IMG/VR virus record: IMGVR_UViG_3300020154_000003
Span: 186,001 to 250,000 of that record
Direction: 5' to 3' (one strand)
Length of the DNA stretch: 64,000 nucleotides
Both the position numbers and the translations under genes were made by a program. The notes below the pieces were generated by a model. The model ran no database searches. It was not told where the DNA came from and saw only the letters and a list, made by a program, of their open reading frames with translations. Of this stretch, positions 50,914 through 62,289 are shown in pieces. How positions within the stretch are numbered: position 1 is the first letter of the stretch; each line of letters starts with the position of its first letter.

Positions 50914-51719
50914 AATGGATTATTATTTTCTCTGATAAATATTTTACGTTACCGTCATCGTTCAGTTCAACAAAGCATTTCTTATCGTACTTCAATTGTT
51001 CTGGCTTAATTTCTTCATAGTAGGTGTGATGATCAACTGGATACCCACCACTCTTAACAACTCTACGACCAATTTCCACATACCCAATCTGCTCGTGGTT
51101 GGCAACTACTCGTTTTATAGTATCGGGTCGGGCCTCACCATAGTCACCATTGTAATAGATGACCTCTTTGCGGGCCGTGTCGTATGCCAGCCCTTCCCTC
51201 CAATTCGAATCATCCGAGATAAGGTAAATCCTATCTTTGGATTCGATTATCGATACTTCAAGTTTTTTCATGGGAAAGTGTATGCTGCTCTTACCCCTAC
51301 CGAATTAATGGCTACTGCCATTGCACCCGATATGGAAGATGGTTTACGTGTCAAATTATTGATGATAAATGTGTCGTGTTTAAATGGATTGTAAGTTACG
51401 TTTGCAGGAAGTAAACATTTTTCGCTTTCTTCTCCACCCTTCGCAGTAACACCCATAGCACCATGCAAACAAATTTTACCTTTCATATAGGCATGGACGT
51501 TTCGCTGCTTGGTCATTCGTGCTCTATTCTGTCCAGCTTTATTAACAAAGAATTTCACGTTGCGTAACATGAGGCAAGTTGCATGTGCAACAACCACACG
51601 ATTCTGACGTATGGAGTAAATCCTGCCCTTCCGAGTAAGACAACGATATACCTCAACCTCTGATTTGAAGTCGATTGTCCTTCCCTTAAATTGAGTTATC
51701 TCATTTCCAAGTCCTTGTA

Positions 51720-52034
51720 TCATAATTCATTTTGCGGATATAGCAGAGTCTGCAATTCTTTGAGATATTGATCTCTTTCATTATCCTCACTACTTCGAAC
51801 AACTCTCAAATCTCGTATTTTTATTGCAATTAAATCACCTTTCTTCCCTAGAGGTATTTTATTACCACGCTCATCTTTCAAGAGACGATCAACTTCGTCT
51901 GCAAGTCTTTCACACACCGCAACGTATCCATCACTGTCTGAATGGGTGACAGAGTGTAAACGATATGTCTCACTAGGAATACGATGACGATTATACGCCT
52001 GATCTAGTATCGATTTTGGGACTACTTTCATCAT
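51720..52034 (-). CDS. Hypothetical protein carrying the C-terminal tag
   Basis: Ends ERDQYLKELQTLLYPQNEL. Confidence 0.55.
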   Translation of the reverse strand: MMKVVPKSILDQAYNRHRIPSETYRLHSVTHSDSDGYVAVCERLADEVDRLLKDERGNKIPLGKKGDLIAIKIRDLRVVRSSEDNERDQYLKELQTLLYPQNEL

Positions 52035-53402
52035 ATCATTTCGTATTTAATAACCAACAGATTCCATTATATGCCAAAATAATGATACCTAGTACCAACA
52101 CAATATAACTGACAAGGGCAACTATCATTTTACAGAAAACAATGATAGCTTCAATATTGGTTTTAAACTCCTTCCTGAGGCTGAAGCAAAGTCGGTCGCC
52201 TTCAGAATGAGATACAAAGGTACTGGCACTCACTTCAAGGTCTCTCCTACCACGGTCATCGAAATCAATGACCATAATAAATTTATCGGATGCAGTATAT
52301 TTTCCAATTTCAACCGAAGTAATTTTTTTGAAAATCTTACCACAACAACGCTCGTCCAATGAATCATTCCCAATCATATCATAACCCCAAAACAATCCCT
52401 GAAAGAATAAAAATCCCAAGAGGAAGATGGTTATACCACGCAAAATTTTTCGAGTTTTCATACTTAGCGATATTGAAGGTTTCTAATATTAAAATCAATT
52501 ACAGGGTTTCCAGTTTCATCCAATGCCAGTCGGTATCTTGATCGAACCATTTCGCACATATTTACCTCAGGCATTTTCATTATAACTCTAAGAGATGCCT
52601 GAACGAATGAATCTCTAATTGCCTCAGCAAAAAACTTGTTGGAAATATTTATTTCCTCATCTGTCGCTTGCACGGCAAAGTTCAAAGCTTCCTCATATTC
52701 AGATATGATCATACCCGTGTTGAAGCCTCTCAGCCCATATCTGTTCACAAATCGATCTGCATTACACCAAACATAAACAGCATTTGGTTTCTCTCTTAAC
52801 AAATATACAAAGGTTGAATCTATGACCATTCTCTTATGGCCTATGAGACCTTTTTCAGTACCATGACCCAACATAACGATAAAATCATGCTCCTTTATAG
52901 ACTGCTTTAAATGCGATTTAGAGCATGGTTCATTTATGACGGTAGCACCATTCAAATCCTTGTATATTTCACGTAGGAAATCAGTCGTATGATCCTTTGG
53001 ATGTATTACCAATATTTTCATCTCATTACTGCTTGCAGCTTTGAAACGTGATCATTTTCAACCAACCACCGCTTGGCCTCATCCAGAATGAATTGAAAAT
53101 CGTCAGGTCTGCCAACTTCTCCAAGGCTTTCCTTCATTTCAGGGGATAGGGTTGCAAGCAACTTCTCCCGCACTTGCATGACATTATAAGCGGGGGTGAT
53201 TACCTCCCCATCTTCCAGTACTGCTGCTACCCAATGGCCATAAGGCTCTGGATAGATGACCAGTAGCGGCTTTTTGTCAAGTTTTATGTGTTGAAAATAG
53301 TCGGTTGGGAGGTTCCTGAAGTCATAATGACTGTACGGGACATCAAGGATGTCGCATATTTTGAGCACAATATCAGTAATTTCAGGACTCTTCATGCTCA
53401 AA

Positions 53403-53427
53403 TATACGTTAAAAGTCTGAAAATGTT
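53403..53427 (-). promoter_or_regulatory. Phage promoter AAC-N16-CGTATA
   Basis: Exact spacing; upstream of ORF 53018. Confidence 0.75.
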
Positions 53428-53851
53428 ATGTTTTACGAATCGATAGTCAAATCCACTACGGATTCAAGAATGATTTCGTGCTCATTTTCCTTATACCTTT
53501 CCTTAATTAAGCGACTGCGAACGTTGTTGAAACTGGCATCTTTCGGGGCATAAATGAAGGCGTACTCAGAACCACGATCCGGGGTTCCTTGGGCATATTT
53601 AATATAATCGTATTTGAGTAACCTCGCTTTAATATCTTCTTCTTTCAGGAAGGAATTGATATTACTATTATATTCAACTGAGGCAGGGTCGGAATCTAAA
53701 AAAACAACCTCCCTTACGCCAAATATTGTTAATTTTCCAAAGTCTTCTTTACTATGTGGATTTAATGGCAGACATGCAATTGTATCGCCAACAAATCCAA
53801 CAAATTCATAAATATTCCATTCGGTAGTGTTGCCGTGAAAACGTAATCGTC

Positions 53852-54298
53852 TCATAAATCTTCAATTTCGCGTAGGTATTTTTGGCGTTCTTCGTGCCAT
53901 TTCTTAAACTCTTTTTTTATCATCAAATACAATAGCGATGCTAAGTAATCGTCAAAAGCTTCTAATGTGTTACCTGCTTTATCGAAAGAAACGCCCAAAC
54001 GTTTTGACTTCCAAAGATGCATCACGAAGACTCGGATTTCTTTCTTTTTATTTGGGACACTATCACTTATTTGTCTTTCGAATTTACAAACGTAATACGT
54101 TGTCCTCTTTTCTAAGTCGATACCGTCTTCAACAACAACACCACCATTAACAAGTGCGGAGCCTATTTTAGTATCTATCCGAATTTCACCTTTCCTAAAG
54201 ACTTGGAGATAGTAAATATCATTACGGTTAATAAGACGAGCACCTGATATTACTCGTAATAATACTTCTTTAACCGTATAGGTATCTACTTTTCCCAT
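53852..54298 (-). CDS. Hypothetical protein with a truncated C-terminal tag
   Basis: Ends ERQKYLREIEDL. Confidence 0.55.
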   Translation of the reverse strand: MGKVDTYTVKEVLLRVISGARLINRNDIYYLQVFRKGEIRIDTKIGSALVNGGVVVEDGIDLEKRTTYYVCKFERQISDSVPNKKKEIRVFVMHLWKSKRLGVSFDKAGNTLEAFDDYLASLLYLMIKKEFKKWHEERQKYLREIEDL

Positions 54299-54706
54299 TC
54301 GTTAGGGAAATTATCAGCATCAATAATTGGTTTGTTGAATGCCTCGCTAATAAGTTTATGTGTTGACATAACATCCTCCAAAGAATCAAACTCGTAAAAA
54401 TTTTCTTTGGTAGAATAACCATCCAGCACACCATTGGTATAGTAGCATTCAGTGACGTAAAATGTTCTTGAGTCGTGTTCCTTGTGAAATTTCGTGAACA
54501 CTCTATAATTCCAATGGGTCTTAGGAAAACTCATACTGCTTTAGGTTTTATTTCGTATCCAGCCTTATCCAATTCTTCAAAAATATCAGCAACCATTTGC
54601 TGTGCTTCCTCAGGAGTTAACACTGAATGCATTGAAGTTTTTTCTTTATTCCATCTCATCACCCAAATGGCTTCGAGTAATGCTTCTTCTACCTCGTCTG
54701 GTTTAT

Positions 54707-55507
54707 TCATGATTTTAAAGCCTCTTTTTGTAACCTTTGTGATAATGCAGCATAGAATGTTTTAGGATTAATCTCGCTGAGTCCACCCATTTGTGCATCG
54801 TTAATTTCAACTACAACCCAACCACCGGAAACTTTTTCTGCAATATCGATCACATAAAAGTTAGAATATTTGCGAACCAAACTGCTCATCTTAGCTGCAA
54901 ATTGGTAACCTTCCAAACCTATTTCCCGTTCAGTCTCTTTAGCCATAGTCCAATAATAACCATAGGCAAGTAGTTTACCTTTATAGAAATAAAATCTATA
55001 TTCGTTTGTGAATGGCAATCCATTGTTCCCGATCTCATAAGTTACCAATGGCTCATACTTCCTAAACACTACACCTTGCGGAGCAATGAGTGAATCCTCA
55101 TTAAGTGCAAGCATGATCTCAATAGCACGTTGCTTGTTTTCAGCAAACATCAATCTATTCCACTCATGCTTCCGGGAATTAGTGCGACCCTTAACTACGA
55201 ATTGTGTCCCATCATCTGGCAAGTCTTGTGCCCTGAACCAAGTTTTGAAAGTATACTCAGACAAGGCTTCGTACCAATCAAAATTAGCAATCCAGTTGTA
55301 CTGACTGAAACTATTAACCAACTTAGAATCGTTATTGAGCAAATCAATTTCCAGTTCCTTATAAAATGGAAGTGTTGAGTATCTACCAAACACCAGAGAC
55401 TTCGCAGGAACTTCACTCCGATATTCATATACATCAAAGTATCGCTTTGCAATTTCGAATTCTTCTTCGGTGTTATAATCCTTGCGGAAAAGTAGTACTG
55501 GCTTCAT
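54707..55507 (-). CDS. ATP-grasp domain protein (DUF4343/R2K-like)
   Basis: FVVKG..NS.K, NEYRFYF, FYVIDIA....G.W.VVEIND.Q.GG. Confidence 0.75.
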   Translation of the reverse strand: MKPVLLFRKDYNTEEEFEIAKRYFDVYEYRSEVPAKSLVFGRYSTLPFYKELEIDLLNNDSKLVNSFSQYNWIANFDWYEALSEYTFKTWFRAQDLPDDGTQFVVKGRTNSRKHEWNRLMFAENKQRAIEIMLALNEDSLIAPQGVVFRKYEPLVTYEIGNNGLPFTNEYRFYFYKGKLLAYGYYWTMAKETEREIGLEGYQFAAKMSSLVRKYSNFYVIDIAEKVSGGWVVVEINDAQMGGLSEINPKTFYAALSQRLQKEALKS

Positions 55508-55869
55508 TCACTTAAAAATTTTTGTATTTTATCATCATATCTTCGTTCTTCCTCGAACGCAACAATTTCATCAAAACTCATGAAGCTGTAAAGAATCTTT
55601 AATTGCTTTACCTTATTGTAAAGACCAATTTCAGTTTCATCTATATCAACAACCAATTGATTTTGACCCAATAACAAATAGACAATTTCCTCACCCTTTC
55701 TCACGGTGAAAGCAACGTACTCTAATTTAGGATGCTTTCCACCGCCCCACAAATAATCATCCTTTTGTGCAAATTGTGTTAGATTCTTATTGACGTACCA
55801 CTCGTACCCTTCTTCATTAACGAAGTATGGCTTCTCACCATTTTCCCAAGGGTAGAAAAGAAGATTCAT
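55504..55869 (-). CDS. Hypothetical protein carrying the C-terminal tag
   Basis: Ends EERRYDDKIQKFLSE. Confidence 0.6.
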   Translation of the reverse strand: MNLLFYPWENGEKPYFVNEEGYEWYVNKNLTQFAQKDDYLWGGGKHPKLEYVAFTVRKGEEIVYLLLGQNQLVVDIDETEIGLYNKVKQLKILYSFMSFDEIVAFEEERRYDDKIQKFLSE

Positions 55870-57097
55870 ACGACATTCTGTTTGAGTTCGTCAGAACCAT
55901 TTAAAATATTGTCTATATCCACAAAAAGGTTTGATGAAACTTGAATCAAACCAAGTACGGTGAACATATTGTTTTCTAACAGATACGGCATCGTAGTTTC
56001 CTTTTGATTTGTCTCTGGATTTGGCATGACCTTACCTTCTTTGGTGGCTACCATAAAAGTGACAGTTTTCTTAGTTTTATCAATAGAACTAAAGAAAATA
56101 TCAAAATTATTATTAGGTAATGTCAGTTTATAGTAATGCTTCATGTTCTGTCAATGCTTTTTTAAATTCTTTGTCATTTCCATTCCAGAATTCTCTCATG
56201 AATTCAGGTGAAAATAATCTTAGGAAAACGGCCAGTATCGCAGCACCTGAGTCTACCCCATAGATGTCGATAGCCGCATTCAACTCCAATTGATTTTCTT
56301 TGCTTAAATATCTTCTAGTATCTTTAGATGCTCTGTATAGTTTGTAACTATTCCACATATTTCTTAATAAGTTTTAGCTGTTCCAGTAATCCGTGGTCGC
56401 TTTCTTTTTAAGAGTGGTTTCTCATAATTAGCAATTTCGGATAATTCATTGAATTTCTTAGCAGCAGATTCAATCAATCTATTTTTTTCGGTTTCATCAC
56501 AGGATTCAGGAAGCACGATAATGACATCTGAATCACTATTTTTAATGGCATTACCTAAACCATTCAATGAAACAATATTAATCGATGGCTTCATTTTCCT
56601 TTTTACTCCAGTACTTTAGGAAGCCTTTCAACATACCCATCCTTACAAGGAAGAATAGCCCATACTCCCATGTTGCTGCACCGATCAAGAAAGTGAGTGC
56701 ATCGACCAATTGTTCGTTCAATAAGAACTTAATAAAAATCAACACGCCAATTATAAAAATTGGTACTCTGAATAATAATTCAGTTAGTTTGAAGTTTTTC
56801 ATTTTTATTCGCTCGGTTTTTACCTAGATGATACCCATCACAAAAAAGACATTTATAGTTACTGAACCACACACCATGCTTTTCAGACATTTTTTTAGCA
56901 GCCTTTGTCGCACTAGCCTTCGTATTATACATCACTTTGGCCTGACCATTTTCCCTATAGTGGCTCCGCTTATGGAACAACCCCAAAACATGTCCTTTCA
57001 AGAGATTTCTTACGAATCTCGTAAATGGGCCTTGATCCTTTAGTGCCAATATGATGTTCTTAACTTTCATCCGATGCCAAGATATGAATAATTTACA

Positions 57098-58522
57098 TTA
57101 TTCACAAAATATTTCTTTGAACCCCAAAATAGTTTCATCCAAAATCACATCTTTTTCATAAATGGGACGTTTTAACTTCAAACGTTCGAGCGTTCTGCAT
57201 CGAGACAGTGCAACATATGTTTGGCCGCTCGTAAAGGCACCACCAGCACCCATATCAATGAGTACATCATCATAAGTCTGACCTTGACTTTTGTGTATTG
57301 TTATCGCCCATGCGAGACGTATCGGATACTGTTCAAATGAACCAACAATATACTTTTCAAGCTTTTCAGTACCGGGAATTGGGTCGCCATTCTCGTCCTT
57401 CTGAACTATCTTTCGATACTTAATTTTGTCCCATTTCTCCTTTTCCAGCGTGAGCATTTTTTCTCTGCACTCAACAGTAATCGAATTCTTATCAAGCTTT
57501 CTAACGATAGCAACGTCACCATTCACGAATTTGCGCATACTATCATTCTTGATCATTATCAGTTTAGCCCCTTCCTTAAGGACAAGAATGCGTTCAGTTG
57601 GATACGACTTCTCATCAAAATCACCAGTTATTCTTCCCTCATATGAATAAGGCATAGTATCTAACTTATTCAAAAAGAAGTCATTTATTTCTTTGGCTTT
57701 TGAATTTGTTGAACAAAGCACAATAGTCCCATTTTCTCGCAATCCCTTTACATTGGTCACTAACCGCTTATTCAGTTTGGCTAATGTCGCTCGAAGGTTT
57801 TTTTTCTCTCTGATATTATTAAGAATACTGATGAATTCAGGATCGGTTTGCCTGTGAATTTTTTCAAGGCTAATTAAGGGAAGGCGCAGTCCTTTAAATA
57901 CATTAGCATGGAAGAAATATGGACTTTGGTAGTAATTGTTATACAGTGCTGTTAATTCAGTTTCCAGTACTGGAGGAAGTTGATGCAGGTCACCGATAAA
58001 GATCATTTGAACGCCTCCAAACGGTGCGTCATTATTACGATGTATCTGCAAGGATTTGTCGATGGCATCAATTAAGTCTGCACGACACATTGATATTTCA
58101 TCTATAACGATGGTGTTGACAGTTCTTAGAATAGGGAGTAATAATTCTTGTACTCTAATCCTATTCAAACTAATAAAGCCGACAGGGAAATGAAAAAAGG
58201 AGTGAATCGTTTGACCTTCAACATTGATTGCTGCAAGTCCTGTGAAAGACAATACTGCAACATTTTTCTGCGTGATTGATCTGAAATACTTCAGCAATGT
58301 GGACTTACCAGTTCCTGCCTTACCTGTGATAAAGGTCGATTGATTATTATGTTCAAGAATATTAACGGCTCGAACAAACTCTTCAGTTTTTTTTATCTTG
58401 ATGATGTCCTTACCAAGGACTAAGGAAATTTCTTCGTCAATAGCAGCATCTTCAGAAAAGAAGTTATTTATTTCTGCCAAGTAAGCTTTCTTCTCCTGCT
58501 CCTTATTTCCTAATTTGCTCAT
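57098..58522 (-). CDS. PIF1/RecD-like SF1B DNA helicase
   Basis: TGKAGTGKS, DEISM, GDLHQLPPV, HRQ, AWAITIHKSQGQT, YVALSR. Confidence 0.9.
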   Translation of the reverse strand: MSKLGNKEQEKKAYLAEINNFFSEDAAIDEEISLVLGKDIIKIKKTEEFVRAVNILEHNNQSTFITGKAGTGKSTLLKYFRSITQKNVAVLSFTGLAAINVEGQTIHSFFHFPVGFISLNRIRVQELLLPILRTVNTIVIDEISMCRADLIDAIDKSLQIHRNNDAPFGGVQMIFIGDLHQLPPVLETELTALYNNYYQSPYFFHANVFKGLRLPLISLEKIHRQTDPEFISILNNIREKKNLRATLAKLNKRLVTNVKGLRENGTIVLCSTNSKAKEINDFFLNKLDTMPYSYEGRITGDFDEKSYPTERILVLKEGAKLIMIKNDSMRKFVNGDVAIVRKLDKNSITVECREKMLTLEKEKWDKIKYRKIVQKDENGDPIPGTEKLEKYIVGSFEQYPIRLAWAITIHKSQGQTYDDVLIDMGAGGAFTSGQTYVALSRCRTLERLKLKRPIYEKDVILDETILGFKEIFCE

Positions 58523-59442
58523 TTCTTGTTTTCCAATTTTTTATTAATGGATGTTAAGAATAGAATGATCAGAGATAGACAAATAATAAGAACTATTTCA
58601 ATCCCCAAGAAGTGGTTAAGTAGTACTAATGCCAATACGAATAATATATATGACCAGTTCATGTTTTATTGTTTATAGTCATCATCCCCTTCGACAGCCT
58701 TGGGCCAAAGGTTTTCAGATATTTCCAAGATTTTATCAGATTGGTCTATAAGATTTTTAGCCCAATTGATAAATGTTTCTTTGCTTATGCCACTAATATC
58801 GCCATCGTGATTGACAATATACTCACCAATCCTTCTCGTGGTTGATGCACTTTGATTCAACCTAAACGCTTTGTCATATATCTCTCGTTGACTATACTCA
58901 ACTGTTACTCTTTTCTTTGCCATCTTGGATTGAATTAACTATTGTGTGTGCTTCCAGTAAATGCTGATCTATATCTTTGAGATTTTCTTGACATACACGG
59001 AATTCTTTCACAAAAATCTCATTAAAAGCTTCATCCTCAAAGGGCATATTGAATGACTCGTGGTGCGACAACATTGAAACCAAATTCATGAAAGGAGATA
59101 ATTTATTTCTTAACCTTTCAATAGGATCGTTTTCTGTTGGAGTTAAAATCTCTTGAAGAACAGGTTTAAGTTCAGCAAATATTTTGGCACCAATTTGATC
59201 TCCTTCGTCTGGCGTAATTACCTTAGAATTCCTCCACAAGGCATTAGATATTATTTCAATCCAATACTCATCATCTCTAATTAGTTGCGCTCTACTTATC
59301 ATTCCACTTGTTATTTTTCCTTCGATTCTTATTTCTGTTCTCTAATTTAAGTTTTGTCATTTTCAACTGATATTCCCAAAACTTAACACCATATTCATCT
59401 TTTTTGATTTGTGCTTGACGGATGTATTCGGGATATGTTACT

Positions 59443-60084
59443 TCAATTTTCTTTTTTAGATTCTTCGAGTCCTGCATTGAATGGATTTCCTAATTTTGTT
59501 ACAATAATTTGCATTTGTTCCATAGTCAAATCTCTGAAACTCCATTCACCCAATTCATTGGAGAATGGCTTGATGCGAGTCAACATCTCATTCATTGAGA
59601 TACTATAGGCTTTCGCTAACTTATCACATGAATTATTCATACACAGAGGATCAAGTTTCATCAGTCCCATATGTAATGCTGCTTCGAGTGCTTGGTGTCG
59701 TGTTGGAAATTCACCATTGTCGCCATACCAACCAGTACCATCTGTAATGTGGGTAGGGACTTTCTCACGACCATTCTCAGTGTCTATTTCCGTATATTTC
59801 CATTCTTCCTTAGGAAGATACCACAACACCTGCCAATTCCAATTAATACCATCAACATACATTTCAGGCATCAATGGTAGAAACATCCCCTTACCTTCGA
59901 GAAAGGCTATTGCATCATCCTGAGTGGGTCTAAATAAAACCTCATCGTCCGTTTCATCACCAACCCAATCATTGGATTCCGTAACCGTACCGTCAGTACG
60001 AATTAAGAAAGCATTTTCTGTAGGTTTATCGAAACCACGCTTTTGTAATAATTTAGCTACTTCTAACCCTACTAATTTGCTCAT
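59443..60084 (-). CDS. Hypothetical phage protein, paralog of 37631..38104
   Basis: LV..EVAKLL...GF...RPTQ..AI.FL...ALEAAL. Confidence 0.55.
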   Translation of the reverse strand: MSKLVGLEVAKLLQKRGFDKPTENAFLIRTDGTVTESNDWVGDETDDEVLFRPTQDDAIAFLEGKGMFLPLMPEMYVDGINWNWQVLWYLPKEEWKYTEIDTENGREKVPTHITDGTGWYGDNGEFPTRHQALEAALHMGLMKLDPLCMNNSCDKLAKAYSISMNEMLTRIKPFSNELGEWSFRDLTMEQMQIIVTKLGNPFNAGLEESKKEN

Positions 60085-60457
60085 AATGTTTATTTAATAT
60101 TCTTTGTAAATGTAGCGTTTCTCCTTCAACAATTTCACCATCCTTCGAAATTTGTTTGATTAAATTTACGGGATGATTTTCCAACGTGTTTAAAATCGAT
60201 AAATTATAGAATTCATCATCACCTAAACCAACTGGAAATATTTTTACGCCATGTATGTCATCCTTCAAAACAAGATCACCATCAAAATCAAGAAAACAGG
60301 ATTCATAGACCAGTCCGTCATATAGTACTGGTTTGGTTGAATCTTGGAATTGAACAATTTCAATATCCACCCTAGGCTCGATGATTTGTGGTTTTAAATT
60401 TTTCTTGAATTTGCTGACTATTTCTTTTAATAAAGCTGACACGACTTTCACGGCGAT

Positions 60458-60667
60458 TTATGTTTCACTTACAAAATTAATTACTTCAGATATATAAGCT
60501 TGATAGAGTTCCAGACGAACAATATAAAGATGTTCCATCCTCAATGACTCTTTCAATCTTTTGTATTTTGGAACATTCATACAATCATCACATTCCAACC
60601 CATCAGCAACAATTCCAAATTCGCTAGGACGTTTCCCACAAATGAAACATTCACAATTTATTTCCAC
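60458..60667 (-). CDS. Small CxxC/CxxC Zn-finger protein carrying the C-terminal tag
   Basis: CFIC...CDDC; ends LYQAYISEVINFVSET. Confidence 0.55.
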   Translation of the reverse strand: MEINCECFICGKRPSEFGIVADGLECDDCMNVPKYKRLKESLRMEHLYIVRLELYQAYISEVINFVSET

Positions 60668-62008
60668 AGAACGTGAGCATTTAACATTTTCATGACTTCA
60701 TCATAAGGCATGTTGAGTATGCTGTTAAAGTACGCCTGATCACTCAAATCCACATCCAACTCCAGAAAATTCATCACGTCATTCAAATGTTCATTTCTAT
60801 CCCACTTCTTAAAATCGATTTTAAGCAATTGAGCCTCGTATGCTGCTCTTTTCGCAATAAACATCTCTTTTATTTCTTCATTCATCTCTACACTTCAAAT
60901 CCCTTTATGAAAATCACCACTCCCACAAATATAAGTGAAAAATAGAACCTATGCTTGAACATAGGTTTGTTACGGTGAAGATAGATTTTTGGCCTAAATT
61001 TGAATTTAGGTGCCAGATAAATTCGAATCGACATCTCTTAGAGTTTACCGATACAGTCCGGGCAATTCAAGTAACCGTCCAGTACATCGACTGGATTCTG
61101 GTTGCAACATGCACACATAATCAAGATCGGTTGTTGAACTTTTGCCTTTGGAGAAACCTTGTTATCCTTGGGCTTCATGGTTTGAGTCTTCATTTTAATA
61201 TTGCTTTAGCACTATCAAGTTTTTCAATGGCTAGTTTTTCGAGTTCTTCCCTTGACATACTCTTAATTTTTTCAAGATTCGGGTCAAGTTCCATATTCAA
61301 ATCAGCAGTAGCTTTAAGAATTTCAGCACGAAGGAATTTTGTAATGTCAGCAGGGAGTGCCTTTGCATTTGCATCGGTAGTGACAAACTCTCCAACAGCA
61401 CCGCCTGCGATGATCAAAAGCATATCTTTTTTTGCGGGAGTTGCAATGTAAGCAAGCCAGAAAAATATAAACATAGGAGTGGAGTACCACAGCCATTTAC
61501 GCATAATTCTGAGATTTTCTTTATCTTCGTCAGTTTCATCTTTAGAAGTAATAGTACCATCGTAGGTCGTTTTCGTGTTTGCAGAAAATTTATAGCAAAC
61601 AAAAATAAGGAACGATACAGCAAAAATGATAGTTGTAAGAACGCACATCCATCCGAAGAAGGTGCTCAGGTTATCGACAATTGAAAACAAGTAGAAAATT
61701 AGATACCAATTCATAATGATTTTTATTTAGATTTTTTTCTTTTTTTAGGTTGATTATAAGGTTGCTTCAAAAACGACACTAATTCGGCATGATTCAGTTT
61801 TCCTGAACTGATGTCGAAATAGATTTTTCGCAATGTGTCAACTCTTGGGTTATTGATGTTCACTACATCATCAAGCACTTTATCCAGAACTTTCATCGCA
61901 TCCACCTTAACGGAGCGAGAAACCTTCCTAGACACAGGTTTTTGTGCGATAATTTCCTCGTGTTTCTGTGGTTTTGCGGGTATGTTGAATAAGTTAAACA
62001 TATTCAAA

Positions 62009-62033
62009 TATACGCAAACCAGAGGAAAATGTT
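62009..62033 (-). promoter_or_regulatory. Phage promoter AAC-N16-CGTATA
   Basis: Exact spacing; upstream of ORF 61723. Confidence 0.75.
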
Positions 62034-62289
62034 ACAAAAAAGGCTACTTTTTTATCATCCTGAATTAAGGATGGAGGTAGTAAACAAGGGTGTTAAAGAC
62101 AAGAAATGCAGCACCGAATGCTACTAGTATTGAAACCACTATTGAAATTTTTAACGCCCTTGCCCTTGCTTTATTTTTTGCGATCTCCTTCCTCACGTTT
62201 CTTTTCAATAAATTGGTATAATAAGATGAACAGGATAAGAGTGACATAAAAGCTAATGAATAGGTTTATAAACATTCTTATAAATAGTA

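Noticed and set aside
685-62068. Many plus-strand ORFs lying antisense to minus-strand genes (e.g. 685, 4488, 15497, 38334, 42343, 50329, 60951)
   Set aside because: Shadow ORFs fully overlapping better-supported genes on the opposite strand
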